Source: an uncultured Alphaproteobacteria bacterium
GTDB taxonomy: Bacteria; Pseudomonadota; Alphaproteobacteria; Rs-D84
Reading direction: 5' to 3'
Assembly (NCBI GenBank): GCA_947053455.1
Contig: CAMRSV010000004.1
Coordinates: 1 to 64,000, forward strand
DNA: 64,000 bases
The position numbers and the translations under genes were made by a program. The stretch's first letter is position 1; every line of letters starts with the position of its first letter. Below, one piece after another: positions 1 to 9,829 of the stretch. The notes below the pieces were generated by a model that was not told the origin of the DNA, searched no databases, and worked only from the letters and a program-made list of their open reading frames with translations.

Positions 1-24
1 TCATCCCCCAAAATTGTAAATAAA

Positions 25-246
25 AACAAAAAACCACTGGAATTATTTCAAGTGGTTGAAGGTTCAAAACAATCTCGAAAGTATTGCCCGGTTATTTATA
101 TATATCCCGGCCTCCAACCATGGTGGTTGAAGTTTGCGCCTGCGCCTGCATCAGGCGCACTTTCGAGAGAGGTTTTGAAGCCTCGCACCGTAACAAGGGG
201 GTTACGAATTATGCACTTATTATATTAAACCGGTGACAAAAATCAA
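25..246 (-). promoter_or_regulatory. Structured leader copy A: sigma70-like promoter, multi-stem RNA, alternative antiterminator and intrinsic terminator upstream of a gene starting left of the window
   Basis: Minus-strand TTGATT(246-241)-16 nt-TATAAT(224-219); outer stem 63-82/159-179; 111-120 can pair with 124-132 or 53-62; terminator 32-38/51-57 plus U-run; GGGGGA RBS-like sequence at the window edge. Confidence 0.6.
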
Positions 247-254
247 CCGATAAA

Positions 255-430
255 AATATAAATCCCGCCATTAAGTTCAAAGCGGGGCTGGAGTTAGTAA
301 CTGCACATACCATGCAAGCGATTTATTGGTTATTCATCACCATCCAGCCCCTTTCACAAGGCCGGTATGGCTAACGCGCATACAGACGGGTATGTGCAGG
401 GTTACTAATCCTGCATAATAAGTCTCCTTA
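255..430 (-). promoter_or_regulatory. Structured leader copy B (same architecture, divergent sequence)
   Basis: Outer stem 294-311/389-408; 343-351 pairs with 358-365 or 284-292; terminator stem 264-268/282-286; AAGGAG then ATG-CAG-GAT-TAG mini-ORF starting at 416. Confidence 0.5.
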
Positions 431-513
431 TTACAATTGGTACTATATCCTATTTTTTATCATGTTGCAAACAATTATTACGGGAATTAAATACACAATT
501 TCGTATTATAAAT

Positions 514-632
514 TTTCAAGTGGTTGGAGGTTGACTACTATAGTAAGAAATAGTGTCACTTATTCAAATATATCGTGACCCTCCAACCTCATATTTAGGT
601 TGGCATTTAACGCCTGCGCCGGTCGCCGGCGC
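514..632 (-). promoter_or_regulatory. Structured leader copy C (partial; terminator 3' arm missing)
   Basis: 514-532 matches 46-64 at 18/19 nt; 611-620 is identical to 137-146; 580-588 pairs with 597-603 or 522-530. Confidence 0.5.
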
Positions 633-662
633 CGATGTGATAAAGTACTTAAATACTTTGTC

Positions 663-1493
663 CTAGTCCATGGCGATAATAAATATGCCGCGGCGATTGG
701 CCTGATGTATTACATTTTCCTTGTCCACGACAAAGCAGGTTTTGGCGTTTACCACAATCCCCTTTAGATGCGCGTCCGCAACCGCGTTCACCGTATCTAC
801 CCCGATTGCCGGAATATCAATACGCAAATCTTGGCCGGGTTTGGTCATCTTGGCAAACACGCCCGATGATTTTTTATAATTTTTTCGCATCGCAACAACA
901 CGTTCTAACATTTTGGCGGTGCCTTCGGCGGCCTCTACTGCGAAAACCTGCTTGTCAACGACAACCGATGCGCCAATGTCCGCCGCGCCGATGGTGTGCG
1001 ACACTTCAATTGCGCGTTCAATGTCGCGAAAATCACGCGTGGTGGGGCGCGCCTTGGTTTTAACGCCCGGCGTTTCAAACGCCAATTCGGGCGCTAAATC
1101 CTGGGCGGCGACAACCGACAACCCACGCTTTTCCAGAACTTTGTTTAATGCAACCGCCATTGAATCATACCCCCGTTGATGTTTCATAATGCTAATTAAT
1201 GCGAATATTGACCATAAATCCGGACGTATGTCCGACAAATTTACATGACCCAACGCCCCGACAAAGGTCAATTTATTTATCCCGCGGCGGCGAAATTCAC
1301 GAACCGCACGGCCGCCGCCCCCCAGGCGTACCACCATGTCCGGCTTTAATTTCGGGTCATAAAAGTTTTTTAGCCCCACAACAAATACGTCCCATCCCGC
1401 GCGCCGCAGGGCGTCACGTGTGAAAAACGGCAAATCCAGTGCGCCCGCAACCAGGGCTATCTTTTTATCCGAATTTTGTTTTCTTTTATTCAT
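663..1493 (-). CDS. lpxI: UDP-2,3-diacylglucosamine diphosphatase LpxI family
   Basis: IALVAG..LP start, AVEAAEGT and KPGQDLRIDIPAIGVDT motifs; start placed at MNKRKQ. Confidence 0.85.
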   Translation of the reverse strand: MNKRKQNSDKKIALVAGALDLPFFTRDALRRAGWDVFVVGLKNFYDPKLKPDMVVRLGGGGRAVREFRRRGINKLTFVGALGHVNLSDIRPDLWSIFALISIMKHQRGYDSMAVALNKVLEKRGLSVVAAQDLAPELAFETPGVKTKARPTTRDFRDIERAIEVSHTIGAADIGASVVVDKQVFAVEAAEGTAKMLERVVAMRKNYKKSSGVFAKMTKPGQDLRIDIPAIGVDTVNAVADAHLKGIVVNAKTCFVVDKENVIHQANRRGIFIIAMD

Positions 1494-1579
1494 GATGCGT
1501 ATGGTACGCGTAAATCGGGCTGGAATCAAGTCGCAATTTGTGATAGAATTCAATCAATAATAACAGGCAGGTAAAAGGC

Positions 1580-2341
1580 ATGAAAAAAATATCATATTTC
1601 TGTTTAATGGCGGCAATAACGATTCCAGGTGTTGCCGATGCCGCAAACAACAAAAAATTCCAATCGGAAATTCAGCGCGGTTTGGATATTGTGACCGTGC
1701 GTGAAACCGTTGATGTTCTAGCAACTGCGGATGCACCCGGCGAATTGGGTTACGAAGTATATCAGACGATTGATACGGTCGATGCGTCCGACGTGCGCGT
1801 CTTTGTTCCGACGACAATGTACATGCGCGCGGGCGGTGGATTGAATATCGGTGCCGCGACAAGCGCGGCAAAATCAGACGTAGCCGAATATGATGCGCGT
1901 GGTGGCTACACCGCCGAAATCGGGCTGGGGTGGAATTTGTCATCCTTTGTCCGCACGGAAATTGATTTTCAAACAATGACGCTTAATTTCGCGCATACCG
2001 ATAACGGGGCCAGTTTCCAGACCCTGGCCGGAATGCTGTATTTTGATTTCGCGCGTCGTTATGTTCAAACGGGTGATGTCACGCGGCGGCGCACATTTGT
2101 TCCATTTATGGGCATCGGCGCGGGTGTTGGTCAATATAAGTTTGACGGCGCCGGTGGTGCAGATGGCCTGGCCCTCCTGGCGCCACGGGCGGAAATTGGT
2201 TTTAACATAATGTTCAATGATTTAATCGGTGTTGACATTGCGTATCAGTATCAGTTGATGATTAGTGATGGCTTTGGCTGGCATGGTGATACCAGCGCCG
2301 GCGTCAGCAATGTTGTCGCATCGTTCCGGTTTAATTTCTGA
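1580..2341 (+). CDS. Outer-membrane beta-barrel protein (opacity/OmpA-like)
   Basis: Signal peptide, PFMGIGAGVG strand, C-terminal FRFNF. Confidence 0.75.
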   Translation: MKKISYFCLMAAITIPGVADAANNKKFQSEIQRGLDIVTVRETVDVLATADAPGELGYEVYQTIDTVDASDVRVFVPTTMYMRAGGGLNIGAATSAAKSDVAEYDARGGYTAEIGLGWNLSSFVRTEIDFQTMTLNFAHTDNGASFQTLAGMLYFDFARRYVQTGDVTRRRTFVPFMGIGAGVGQYKFDGAGGADGLALLAPRAEIGFNIMFNDLIGVDIAYQYQLMISDGFGWHGDTSAGVSNVVASFRFNF

Positions 2342-2355
2342 TGGGGGATAAAAAG

Positions 2356-3012
2356 ATGAATGCAAAAATATTGTTTGGTTTGTTGTGCCTTGTGACTGTG
2401 TCGGCGAACGCCGCAATTCCATACCGGGTAGAGCAAATCGCATCCCCCGCCGACATGCGCGCTGATAATGGTTCAGATAGCGCGTCTTATGCGCGCGATC
2501 ATCGCTTTTATATTGGTGGGGCATATAACTTTTCCATGTGGGACAAGTTTACAGATGATAAAAATGTTCACCTGGGCGGTAAAAACACCGACGGATTTGA
2601 CGTGATGGCGGGCCTGCGCCTGTATGATACATTCCGGCTAGAGGCGAATTATTCCAGATTTTCCCCGAAGTGGAACAAATTAAAAATGACGGCGGATGCA
2701 GCGATGATAAACGCGATATTCGACGCCAGAATTGATAGTATTTACCGGCTGTTTCGGACGCAGACTATTGTCCCGTACGTTGGCGCAGGCGCAGGCGCGG
2801 CATGGTTGTCGGCGGATGACGATGTAAAACTTGGGAACGAAGTTGTGCCGGTCTTTAACGTTATGGCCGGGTTTGCAATTGAAATGGGCGACAACTTTGC
2901 GGTTGATTTGGGTTACCGTTATTTGTACATGATGACCCCAGATGTCACGGGTGTATCTGACCTGGCGCCGACCGCGCATCAGTTCCGTGCCGGCGCGCGT
3001 GTAAATTTCTAA
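2356..3012 (+). CDS. Outer-membrane beta-barrel protein (opacity family porin-like)
   Basis: Signal peptide, FRLEANY, PYVGAGAG, VDLGYRY, C-terminal ARVNF. Confidence 0.8.
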   Translation: MNAKILFGLLCLVTVSANAAIPYRVEQIASPADMRADNGSDSASYARDHRFYIGGAYNFSMWDKFTDDKNVHLGGKNTDGFDVMAGLRLYDTFRLEANYSRFSPKWNKLKMTADAAMINAIFDARIDSIYRLFRTQTIVPYVGAGAGAAWLSADDDVKLGNEVVPVFNVMAGFAIEMGDNFAVDLGYRYLYMMTPDVTGVSDLAPTAHQFRAGARVNF

Positions 3013-3021
3013 AATAAAATT

Positions 3022-3945
3022 ATGGCGACATGTCCTTTCTTTAATCGATGCGGCGGGTGCAAATTTGATTTTGCAGATGAAAATTATCGCGAAAAAAAAT
3101 TAGGCACATTGCGCGGCATCAGCCCGACCGATAATCCCGTTTGGACGGCGCCGGGCGGTCGGCGCCGCGCAGATTTTTGTTTCGCCGCGGGCGAATTTGG
3201 TATGTTTGAACGCGGGTCTAAAAATATTGTCCCGGTGCGAAATTGCCCAAACTTGGATGCGGACATAAATAATATTTTGCCGGCGCTGGCCACGCTGCCG
3301 ATGCCGGGGGCGGGGTCGTGCCTGGTGACGAAATGCGACAATGGAATCGATGTATGTATAAATTCAAATGTCCCGCATTTTGATGCGGCGTTTGCGCGCG
3401 CGGCCGCGCACCTGCCTGCCATTCGTGTGACATGGAATGGCCGCGTTGTTCATCAAACGCAGACCCCGATAATAAGTTTTGATGGGAATTCTGTTGAATA
3501 TCCACCGAACGCTTTCTTGCAGCCATCTGTCGCCGGGGAATCGGCGTTGCGTACGTTGGTTATTGATGCCGCGCGTGGCGCGCGCCGTGTGGCGGATTTG
3601 TTTTGTGGACTGGGGAATTTTACGTTTTCCCTAAATGCGCGCGGATTTGATATTTTTGGTACGGGCATTGCGCGTGATTTATTTCGCAATCCACTAACGC
3701 CGGGCATGCTGCGCGAATATGACTGTGTTGTTATGGATCCACCGCGTGCGGGTGCGGACGCGCAGTGCCGTGAACTGATTAAATCGGATGTGGTGCGTGT
3801 AATTTATGTATCGTGCAACCCGGACACATTTCGCCGCGATGCGGCGACCCTGATTCGTGGCGGGTATAAAATAACAAAACTTGTCCCCGTAGACCAGTTC
3901 GTGGGGAGCGCCCACTGGGAAATCTTTGCCGTGTTTGAAAAATAA
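3022..3945 (+). CDS. RNA m5U methyltransferase, RlmD/TrmA family (short, no TRAM domain)
   Basis: CPFFNRCGGC Fe-S motif, AFLQ, DLFCGLGNF, DPPRAG, YVSCNP, DQF...HWE. Confidence 0.85.
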   Translation: MATCPFFNRCGGCKFDFADENYREKKLGTLRGISPTDNPVWTAPGGRRRADFCFAAGEFGMFERGSKNIVPVRNCPNLDADINNILPALATLPMPGAGSCLVTKCDNGIDVCINSNVPHFDAAFARAAAHLPAIRVTWNGRVVHQTQTPIISFDGNSVEYPPNAFLQPSVAGESALRTLVIDAARGARRVADLFCGLGNFTFSLNARGFDIFGTGIARDLFRNPLTPGMLREYDCVVMDPPRAGADAQCRELIKSDVVRVIYVSCNPDTFRRDAATLIRGGYKITKLVPVDQFVGSAHWEIFAVFEK

Positions 3946-3969
3946 AAATCCCGCACATGCGGGATTTTT
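3945..3969. terminator. Bidirectional intrinsic terminator
   Basis: AAAATCCCGCA-CA-TGCGGGATTTT between convergent genes. Confidence 0.8.
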
Positions 3970-3977
3970 ATTGTCTA

Positions 3978-5963
3978 TTACCATAACTTAACGCGGGCGC
4001 TGGGCGCAACATACATTTTGTCATCCGATTTTATCCCGAACGCATCATACCATGCGTCGATGTGCGGGTATATGCCGTTGACGCGGTTGCGCCCCAGGGA
4101 ATGCTCGTCTATTTTGGTTAGGCGTATTTCTTCGTCTGGGCGGATATTTTGCGCCCATGCGCCGGCGTTCGCCAAAAAGAACCGCATGTCTGGCGTCAAA
4201 TTATTTATCGTTTCGCATGGGTCCCCAAAGTTCTTGAATGCGGTGTATGCGATTGTCATTCCGCCATAGTCCGCCAGGTTTTCACCCAGTGTGAATTCGC
4301 CGTTTGCGTTTACACCGGGCGCGATTTCAATTTGGTTGAAAAATTCGCGCATAACATTTGTGCGATTGTTAAATGCGTCGGCGTCGGCGGCCGTCCACCA
4401 ATCACGCATGTTGCCATTTGCGTCAAAGTTGCGGCCACTGTCGTCAAAGCCGTGTGTCATTTCATGTCCGATAATCGCGCCAATTGCGCCATAGTTAAAT
4501 GCGTCGTCGGCCGTCATGTCAAAGAACGGCGGCTGTAATATTCCGGCCGGGAAACAAATTTCATTCATTGACGGGTCGTAATATGCATTTACTTCGTGCG
4601 CGTTCATGTACCATATGATCGGGTCTTTTTCACGACCGATTTTGTTCAGCCAGTATTGGTCTTCGAACCGCGCGACCCGCATCATGTTTTCCCATAATGA
4701 ATCATCCTTGATTTCCAGTTTGCTGTAATCAATCCATTTGTCTGGGTAGCCGATTTTTACATTGAACCGCGCCAGCTTTTCCAGCGCACGCGATTTCGTG
4801 TCATCCGACATCCATTCCAGATTTTCAATCCGCATCGCATATGCCCGGCGCAGGTTTTCAACTAAATCCTGCATGCGTTTTTTCGCCGTCGCCGGGAAAT
4901 ATTTTTCAACGTACAGGCGCCCGATTTCATCACCGATTGACCCGTCCAACATATCGATTGCGCGTTTCCAACGGGGCTTTTGCTCCTTTTGTCCGGCCAT
5001 GGTGCGGTTATAGAAATCAAATGCGATTTCATATGTTACATCATCCAGCACAGATGCGGCGGAATTTGCAATATGGTATTTCAGATATGATTTTATTAAT
5101 TCCAAGTCCGTATCGTGCATTATGGCGACGGATTCTTTTATGGCCTCGGGCTGTGCGATATTGATATGTGTTGCGGATTTCGCGCCGCGTGCGGTCAAAT
5201 ACGCGTCCCAGTCAAAATTCGGTATTTCTTTCTTTAGTTCAGCCACAGACATTTTATGATAGTTTGCATGCGGATCGCGCAGTTTTTCCTTTGGGTAAAA
5301 TGATTTGGCCATGCGTTCTTCTATCTCGTATATCTTTTGCGCATCCGCATCGATTCCGAAATTCTTTATCATTTTTTCAATGTATTTTTTATAGAGTTTT
5401 CGAATTTTAACGGACTTTTCATCAGTGTCGAAAAAGTAATCACGCGCCAGGCCAAGGCCGCCCTGATGTATATTGTAGAGGTAATGGTCACTGTCCATTT
5501 CATCAAGTTCCACGCCATCGCCCCAGAATGCGGATGAAATAGCATGCATGCGTCCCAAAAACGCGGGCAGTTCATCAATTGATTTTATTGCGTCGATTTC
5601 ATTTATTTGCGGTGTCACCGGACTTACGCCATCGCGGTTTAATTTTTTATCATCCATCGCAATTTTATATAGTTTGCCGATTTTCCCGTTATCTGTTTGT
5701 GCAATTTCACGCACCCGTTCCAGGTTTGTGTTGCGTATAACCTCCCATATCCCATACCTGGAATAATCGTCCGGAATCGGATTTGCGCGCCGCCACCCAA
5801 GTGTCGCATAATCATAAAAATCATTTCCTGGATTTATGGTTGTGTCCATATTTTGTGTCTGAATTCCAATTGTCATTTTTGTTTCCTTTGTACTGTGTAC
5901 AGCAAATCCAATTGCAACCGCAACAGAAATTATACCGATAAGATTTAATAATTTGCTTTCCAT
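3978..5963 (-). CDS. M13 family zinc metalloendopeptidase (PepO/neprilysin-like)
   Basis: VNAYY, FPAGILQPPFF, HEMTHGFD, GENLADYGG. Confidence 0.93.
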   Translation of the reverse strand: MESKLLNLIGIISVAVAIGFAVHSTKETKMTIGIQTQNMDTTINPGNDFYDYATLGWRRANPIPDDYSRYGIWEVIRNTNLERVREIAQTDNGKIGKLYKIAMDDKKLNRDGVSPVTPQINEIDAIKSIDELPAFLGRMHAISSAFWGDGVELDEMDSDHYLYNIHQGGLGLARDYFFDTDEKSVKIRKLYKKYIEKMIKNFGIDADAQKIYEIEERMAKSFYPKEKLRDPHANYHKMSVAELKKEIPNFDWDAYLTARGAKSATHINIAQPEAIKESVAIMHDTDLELIKSYLKYHIANSAASVLDDVTYEIAFDFYNRTMAGQKEQKPRWKRAIDMLDGSIGDEIGRLYVEKYFPATAKKRMQDLVENLRRAYAMRIENLEWMSDDTKSRALEKLARFNVKIGYPDKWIDYSKLEIKDDSLWENMMRVARFEDQYWLNKIGREKDPIIWYMNAHEVNAYYDPSMNEICFPAGILQPPFFDMTADDAFNYGAIGAIIGHEMTHGFDDSGRNFDANGNMRDWWTAADADAFNNRTNVMREFFNQIEIAPGVNANGEFTLGENLADYGGMTIAYTAFKNFGDPCETINNLTPDMRFFLANAGAWAQNIRPDEEIRLTKIDEHSLGRNRVNGIYPHIDAWYDAFGIKSDDKMYVAPSARVKLW

Positions 5964-5964
5964 T

Positions 5965-7020
5965 TTATTTTACTAATTTTACCATCAAATCATCCAAAAT
6001 CAAAATACCTTGTTTTGTGGCGCGCATGCGGTCATCACATATTTCAATAAGACCAGTGGCGTCATGCGCAAATTCCATGTTTATTGCATCACTTACATCA
6101 GGCGTTAGTTTTACGCCCCGTTGTGTACGCATTCCAGTCAACACCATTTCAATCGCGCGCTGAACCGTGGGCAGTTTTTCAAACTTTTCCCCCGCGCCCA
6201 ATTGTTCGTACCATACGCCATCAATAAATGGCCGCCCCGCCGCGCCACGGCCGATACCGATGTATGGCGCGCCGTCCCAAATGTTTTGGTTGTGTCTGCA
6301 TTCGTCGCCTATGGCGGCGTAATTTGACACCTCGTACCGCGCGAGGTTCAGCGTTGCGCCAATCGCGTTGTACATTTCGGCCATCGCGTCGTTATCCGGC
6401 ATCTGCAGTTCCATTTGCGCAAATGGTGTTCCCGCCTCTATTGTCAGTTCATACATTGAACAGTGCCGCAACCCCATATTATTAATTTCGTTACATAACC
6501 CCGTGACAGAACGTGCATTTTCGCCCGGCAGACCGTAAATAAAATCAGCCGACACGCGCAGTCCGCGTCGCAGTCCCGAATTAATTAGATGTCGCGCCGC
6601 GTCTGCATCATGGCGCCGCCCTAGGAATTTTAATTCATCATCATTCAGCCTTTGCACGCCGACGGACAATCGGTTCATTCCCGCCGCCATAAAGTCCGTC
6701 AATTTATCATCTGTTAATGTTCCCGGGTTGGATTCCAATGTGATTTCGCAATTGTCAGAGATGTTGAACGTGCGGGATATTTCCGCGATAATCTTTTCAA
6801 AGATTTTTACCGGCATCAACGATGGCGTGCCGCCACCAAAAAATATCGTTGGTACCGTCACGCGCCCCAGTGTCTCGCCCCATTTATCAATTTCGGATAA
6901 AATGCCATTCATATATGCGTCCCAGTCGGGGTGCATGCATGGACTTGAAAAAAACGCGCAGTAATTGCATTTTGATATGCAGAACGGGGTATGAATATAT
7001 ATGTTGTGTGCACGGTTCAT
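5965..7020 (-). CDS. hemW: Radical SAM heme chaperone HemW
   Basis: YIHTPFCISKCNYCAF, FGGGTPS, YEVSNYA, HNQNIW. Confidence 0.85.
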   Translation of the reverse strand: MNRAHNIYIHTPFCISKCNYCAFFSSPCMHPDWDAYMNGILSEIDKWGETLGRVTVPTIFFGGGTPSLMPVKIFEKIIAEISRTFNISDNCEITLESNPGTLTDDKLTDFMAAGMNRLSVGVQRLNDDELKFLGRRHDADAARHLINSGLRRGLRVSADFIYGLPGENARSVTGLCNEINNMGLRHCSMYELTIEAGTPFAQMELQMPDNDAMAEMYNAIGATLNLARYEVSNYAAIGDECRHNQNIWDGAPYIGIGRGAAGRPFIDGVWYEQLGAGEKFEKLPTVQRAIEMVLTGMRTQRGVKLTPDVSDAINMEFAHDATGLIEICDDRMRATKQGILILDDLMVKLVK

Positions 7021-7093
7021 GCCGGTATTGTATCGCTGTTTTTTATTGGCGCAAGGTTTATTTATGTGATATAATGATGTGAAAGTATTAGGT

Positions 7094-8611
7094 ATGAAAG
7101 GAAAACTAGTTTCATTTTTTAGCGGGATTTTCGCGCCGGTTGCTGCCTTTGCCGCCAGCAGTGAGGGTGTCCCATCATATTATAAAAGCAATACCCCGAC
7201 AACCGTGAACCAGGCGGCGTATTCTGACTATCAAAGTCAAGGGTATACAAAATATGTCGGCCAATCCGGCAGCAAGCAGGTTGTCGGCAACCGTACGTAT
7301 TCATATCAGGTGCCGGTTGCAACCGTGCCGACAATTTCTGGGACAATGACCGCAAATGGAATTGCATTGCCTGCAGACACGGAAAATGGCACGCATATTT
7401 ATGCGGGTTATTCACGTCGCTTTGCCGATTTTGAATTTGAAACGGGCGTTAATTCCATATTGGAATGGGACGATATGATTTTCAATGAAATCAATGTCGG
7501 TGCACGTCATAATTTTAGCCTGCGCAATTTCGATATGTTTGCGTATGCCGACTATTCATACGGAAATATGTCGCACGGCGGTCTGTCCATGGACTATGAC
7601 CTAAAACCGTTTGACGAGTCGCAGCCGGAATACGGTATTTTTACCATTTCTGTGGGTGATGAAAGTGGTGAAACCAATCATTTGCGTATTGGTTTTGGTG
7701 CGCATCATATCTGGGATATTGGTGGATGGAAATTGTCTCCATCAATTGGATATGAAATATTTAAGCATGATTTGCAGATGTCAGATCACTATTATCCCAA
7801 TCCTGGAATATATTTGCCGTTGATGACCAGTGACGGAAAATATGTTTATGGTAACGATGCAGGTGAATATTTTGCCGGTGACGTCAACATTACACCACCA
7901 GATGGTTGGTATCAAGTCTGCATGTCACCAGAAGATATTAAGCTGGTTCAAAATAACGGCACTGCAATAGGAAATGGATTTTTTCAATTAGGTGATAAAT
8001 TGGTTACCGGCGATTATAATCCGTCCATGGGGCTTGTTCCATGGGGTGTGGGGCCGGGTGATTGTGTTATTATCGGCGGTGATGGGCCAAGTATTGTTCA
8101 TGGAACAACCCACATTTATAACACTACATGGAGTGGTTTTTATATCGGTCTAGAAATTGAAAAACAAATGACACTGTCCGATAAATTGCGTTTTTATGTT
8201 CAGTTCGGTTTGCCCAAATATTCGTCAGAGGGAATATGGCCCAATCGTGACGATTGGCAACAGAACCCCAGTTTCTTGGACGAAGGCAGCAACGGTTCCT
8301 ATTCATATCGGGCAGAAATGGAGTATAATTACAAACTGTCAAACCGGCTGCAATTGGCGCTAAAGGTTGATATGGATGTATTCCATGTCGGAAAAATTGG
8401 CGGTAAACTGTATGTCGCGGAATACGGAGAGTTTCTGTTGGATGAAAACGGTCAGTACATCTTGGAAGATGTTACATTAGAAGATGGCACGATTGTTCAG
8501 TTGCCGAAATGGGTTGTAACCCCCGCCCATACCGAAGATGTAACCGATTCCCTAAAACGCGCGACATGGCAATCGTTCGGATTGCATCTGGGATTGAAAT
8601 ACGCGTTTTAA
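7094..8611 (+). CDS. Large outer-membrane beta-barrel protein, omptin-like
   Basis: Signal peptide, SILEW and G.SMDYD segments reminiscent of omptins, C-terminal GLKYAF. Confidence 0.55.
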   Translation: MKGKLVSFFSGIFAPVAAFAASSEGVPSYYKSNTPTTVNQAAYSDYQSQGYTKYVGQSGSKQVVGNRTYSYQVPVATVPTISGTMTANGIALPADTENGTHIYAGYSRRFADFEFETGVNSILEWDDMIFNEINVGARHNFSLRNFDMFAYADYSYGNMSHGGLSMDYDLKPFDESQPEYGIFTISVGDESGETNHLRIGFGAHHIWDIGGWKLSPSIGYEIFKHDLQMSDHYYPNPGIYLPLMTSDGKYVYGNDAGEYFAGDVNITPPDGWYQVCMSPEDIKLVQNNGTAIGNGFFQLGDKLVTGDYNPSMGLVPWGVGPGDCVIIGGDGPSIVHGTTHIYNTTWSGFYIGLEIEKQMTLSDKLRFYVQFGLPKYSSEGIWPNRDDWQQNPSFLDEGSNGSYSYRAEMEYNYKLSNRLQLALKVDMDVFHVGKIGGKLYVAEYGEFLLDENGQYILEDVTLEDGTIVQLPKWVVTPAHTEDVTDSLKRATWQSFGLHLGLKYAF

Positions 8612-8643
8612 CGCTTCGAATAAAAATAAATTAAGGTGCGATT

Positions 8644-9762
8644 ATGTCGTATAAAATTTTGTCACTGGCGCGTGTCGCCGTGTTGCTGTGTGTTGCACCG
8701 GCGTGTGCGTTTGCGGCGCGTGGTGAATTTGATTTGAACCGCTGGGACGAGATACTGTCAAATGTCCGTACGCGTGCCGCCGCCCAGAATATATCGCGTG
8801 CAACGATTGATGCCACGCTAAAGTATCCCGCATTTATTCCCGCAATCGCAAAAAGTGATGCGAATCAATCCGAATTCAAACTGACGTTGGATGAATATTT
8901 GATGCGCACGGTAAATGCGACGCGTATTACAAACGGTAAAAAAATGCGCACGACATATCCAACGATGTTGCATCGCGTTGAAAACAAATATGGCGTGCCC
9001 CCGCATGTAATACTTGCCTTCTGGGGGATGGAATCAAACTATGGTGCGTTAAAGTCACGTCATAAATTGACAGATGCGTTTTTGACACTTATGTACGATG
9101 GGCGTCGTGAAACGTTTTTTGGCAATCAACTGTTGGCGCTGATGAAAATTGCAGATAAAAACAAACTAGATATAAACGATATTCACGGCAGTTGGGCGGG
9201 CGCCATGGGACATTTTCAGTTTATTCCAACGACATTGGCGCAATATGGCGTTGATGGTAACGGCGATGGTCGGGTCGATATTATCGGCAGTGTTGGCGAC
9301 GCAATGCATAGTGCGGGAAATTATCTGAATAAATTGGGCTGGAACAAGAATGAACGCATAGTGCGGCGTGTTATGTTGCCGGCGGATTTTGATGTGTCCA
9401 TGCTAAACGGTGACACGAAAAAGACGCTGATTGAATGGGCGGCGTTGGGTATTACGAATCCGGACGGCACACGTATTCCCGTATCAGAAATGACGGCGGG
9501 ATTGGTCGCCGATGTCAAAGAGATTGAACGCATCCGCACCGAGTACGAGGCACGCCGCATCGCCGCCGCCCAGATGGCCGCAAACGCCGCGCAAAACCCA
9601 GCCGCGCAGTATGGTGATGCGTATATTGCCGATACTGATGTTCAACCCATGCCAACAATAACGGCGTATCTAACATATCCTAATTTTTATCGGATTAAGA
9701 AATGGAACAGTTCAAATTGGTACGCGATTGCGATTGGCGAAATGGCGGAAAAATTGAAATAA
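8644..9762 (+). CDS. Lytic murein transglycosylase (MltB/SLT_2 family)
   Basis: WGMESNYG, GSWAGAMGHFQFIPTT, DGNGDGRVD, WNSSNWYA. Confidence 0.9.
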   Translation: MSYKILSLARVAVLLCVAPACAFAARGEFDLNRWDEILSNVRTRAAAQNISRATIDATLKYPAFIPAIAKSDANQSEFKLTLDEYLMRTVNATRITNGKKMRTTYPTMLHRVENKYGVPPHVILAFWGMESNYGALKSRHKLTDAFLTLMYDGRRETFFGNQLLALMKIADKNKLDINDIHGSWAGAMGHFQFIPTTLAQYGVDGNGDGRVDIIGSVGDAMHSAGNYLNKLGWNKNERIVRRVMLPADFDVSMLNGDTKKTLIEWAALGITNPDGTRIPVSEMTAGLVADVKEIERIRTEYEARRIAAAQMAANAAQNPAAQYGDAYIADTDVQPMPTITAYLTYPNFYRIKKWNSSNWYAIAIGEMAEKLK

Positions 9763-9829
9763 AGTAATTGATAATTGATGCCGTGTTTGGTACCATTTTT
9801 GTGTATATAAATACACAAAGGATTTATTT

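Noticed and set aside
25-632. Retron msr-msd or invertible DNA switch
   Set aside because: No reverse transcriptase or adjacent invertase in the window; stems contain bulges and G-U pairs, which fits RNA structure better than recombination sites
563-665. Amber read-through extending LpxI
   Set aside because: LpxI is already complete, frame agreement has a 1-in-3 chance, and there is no recoding evidence
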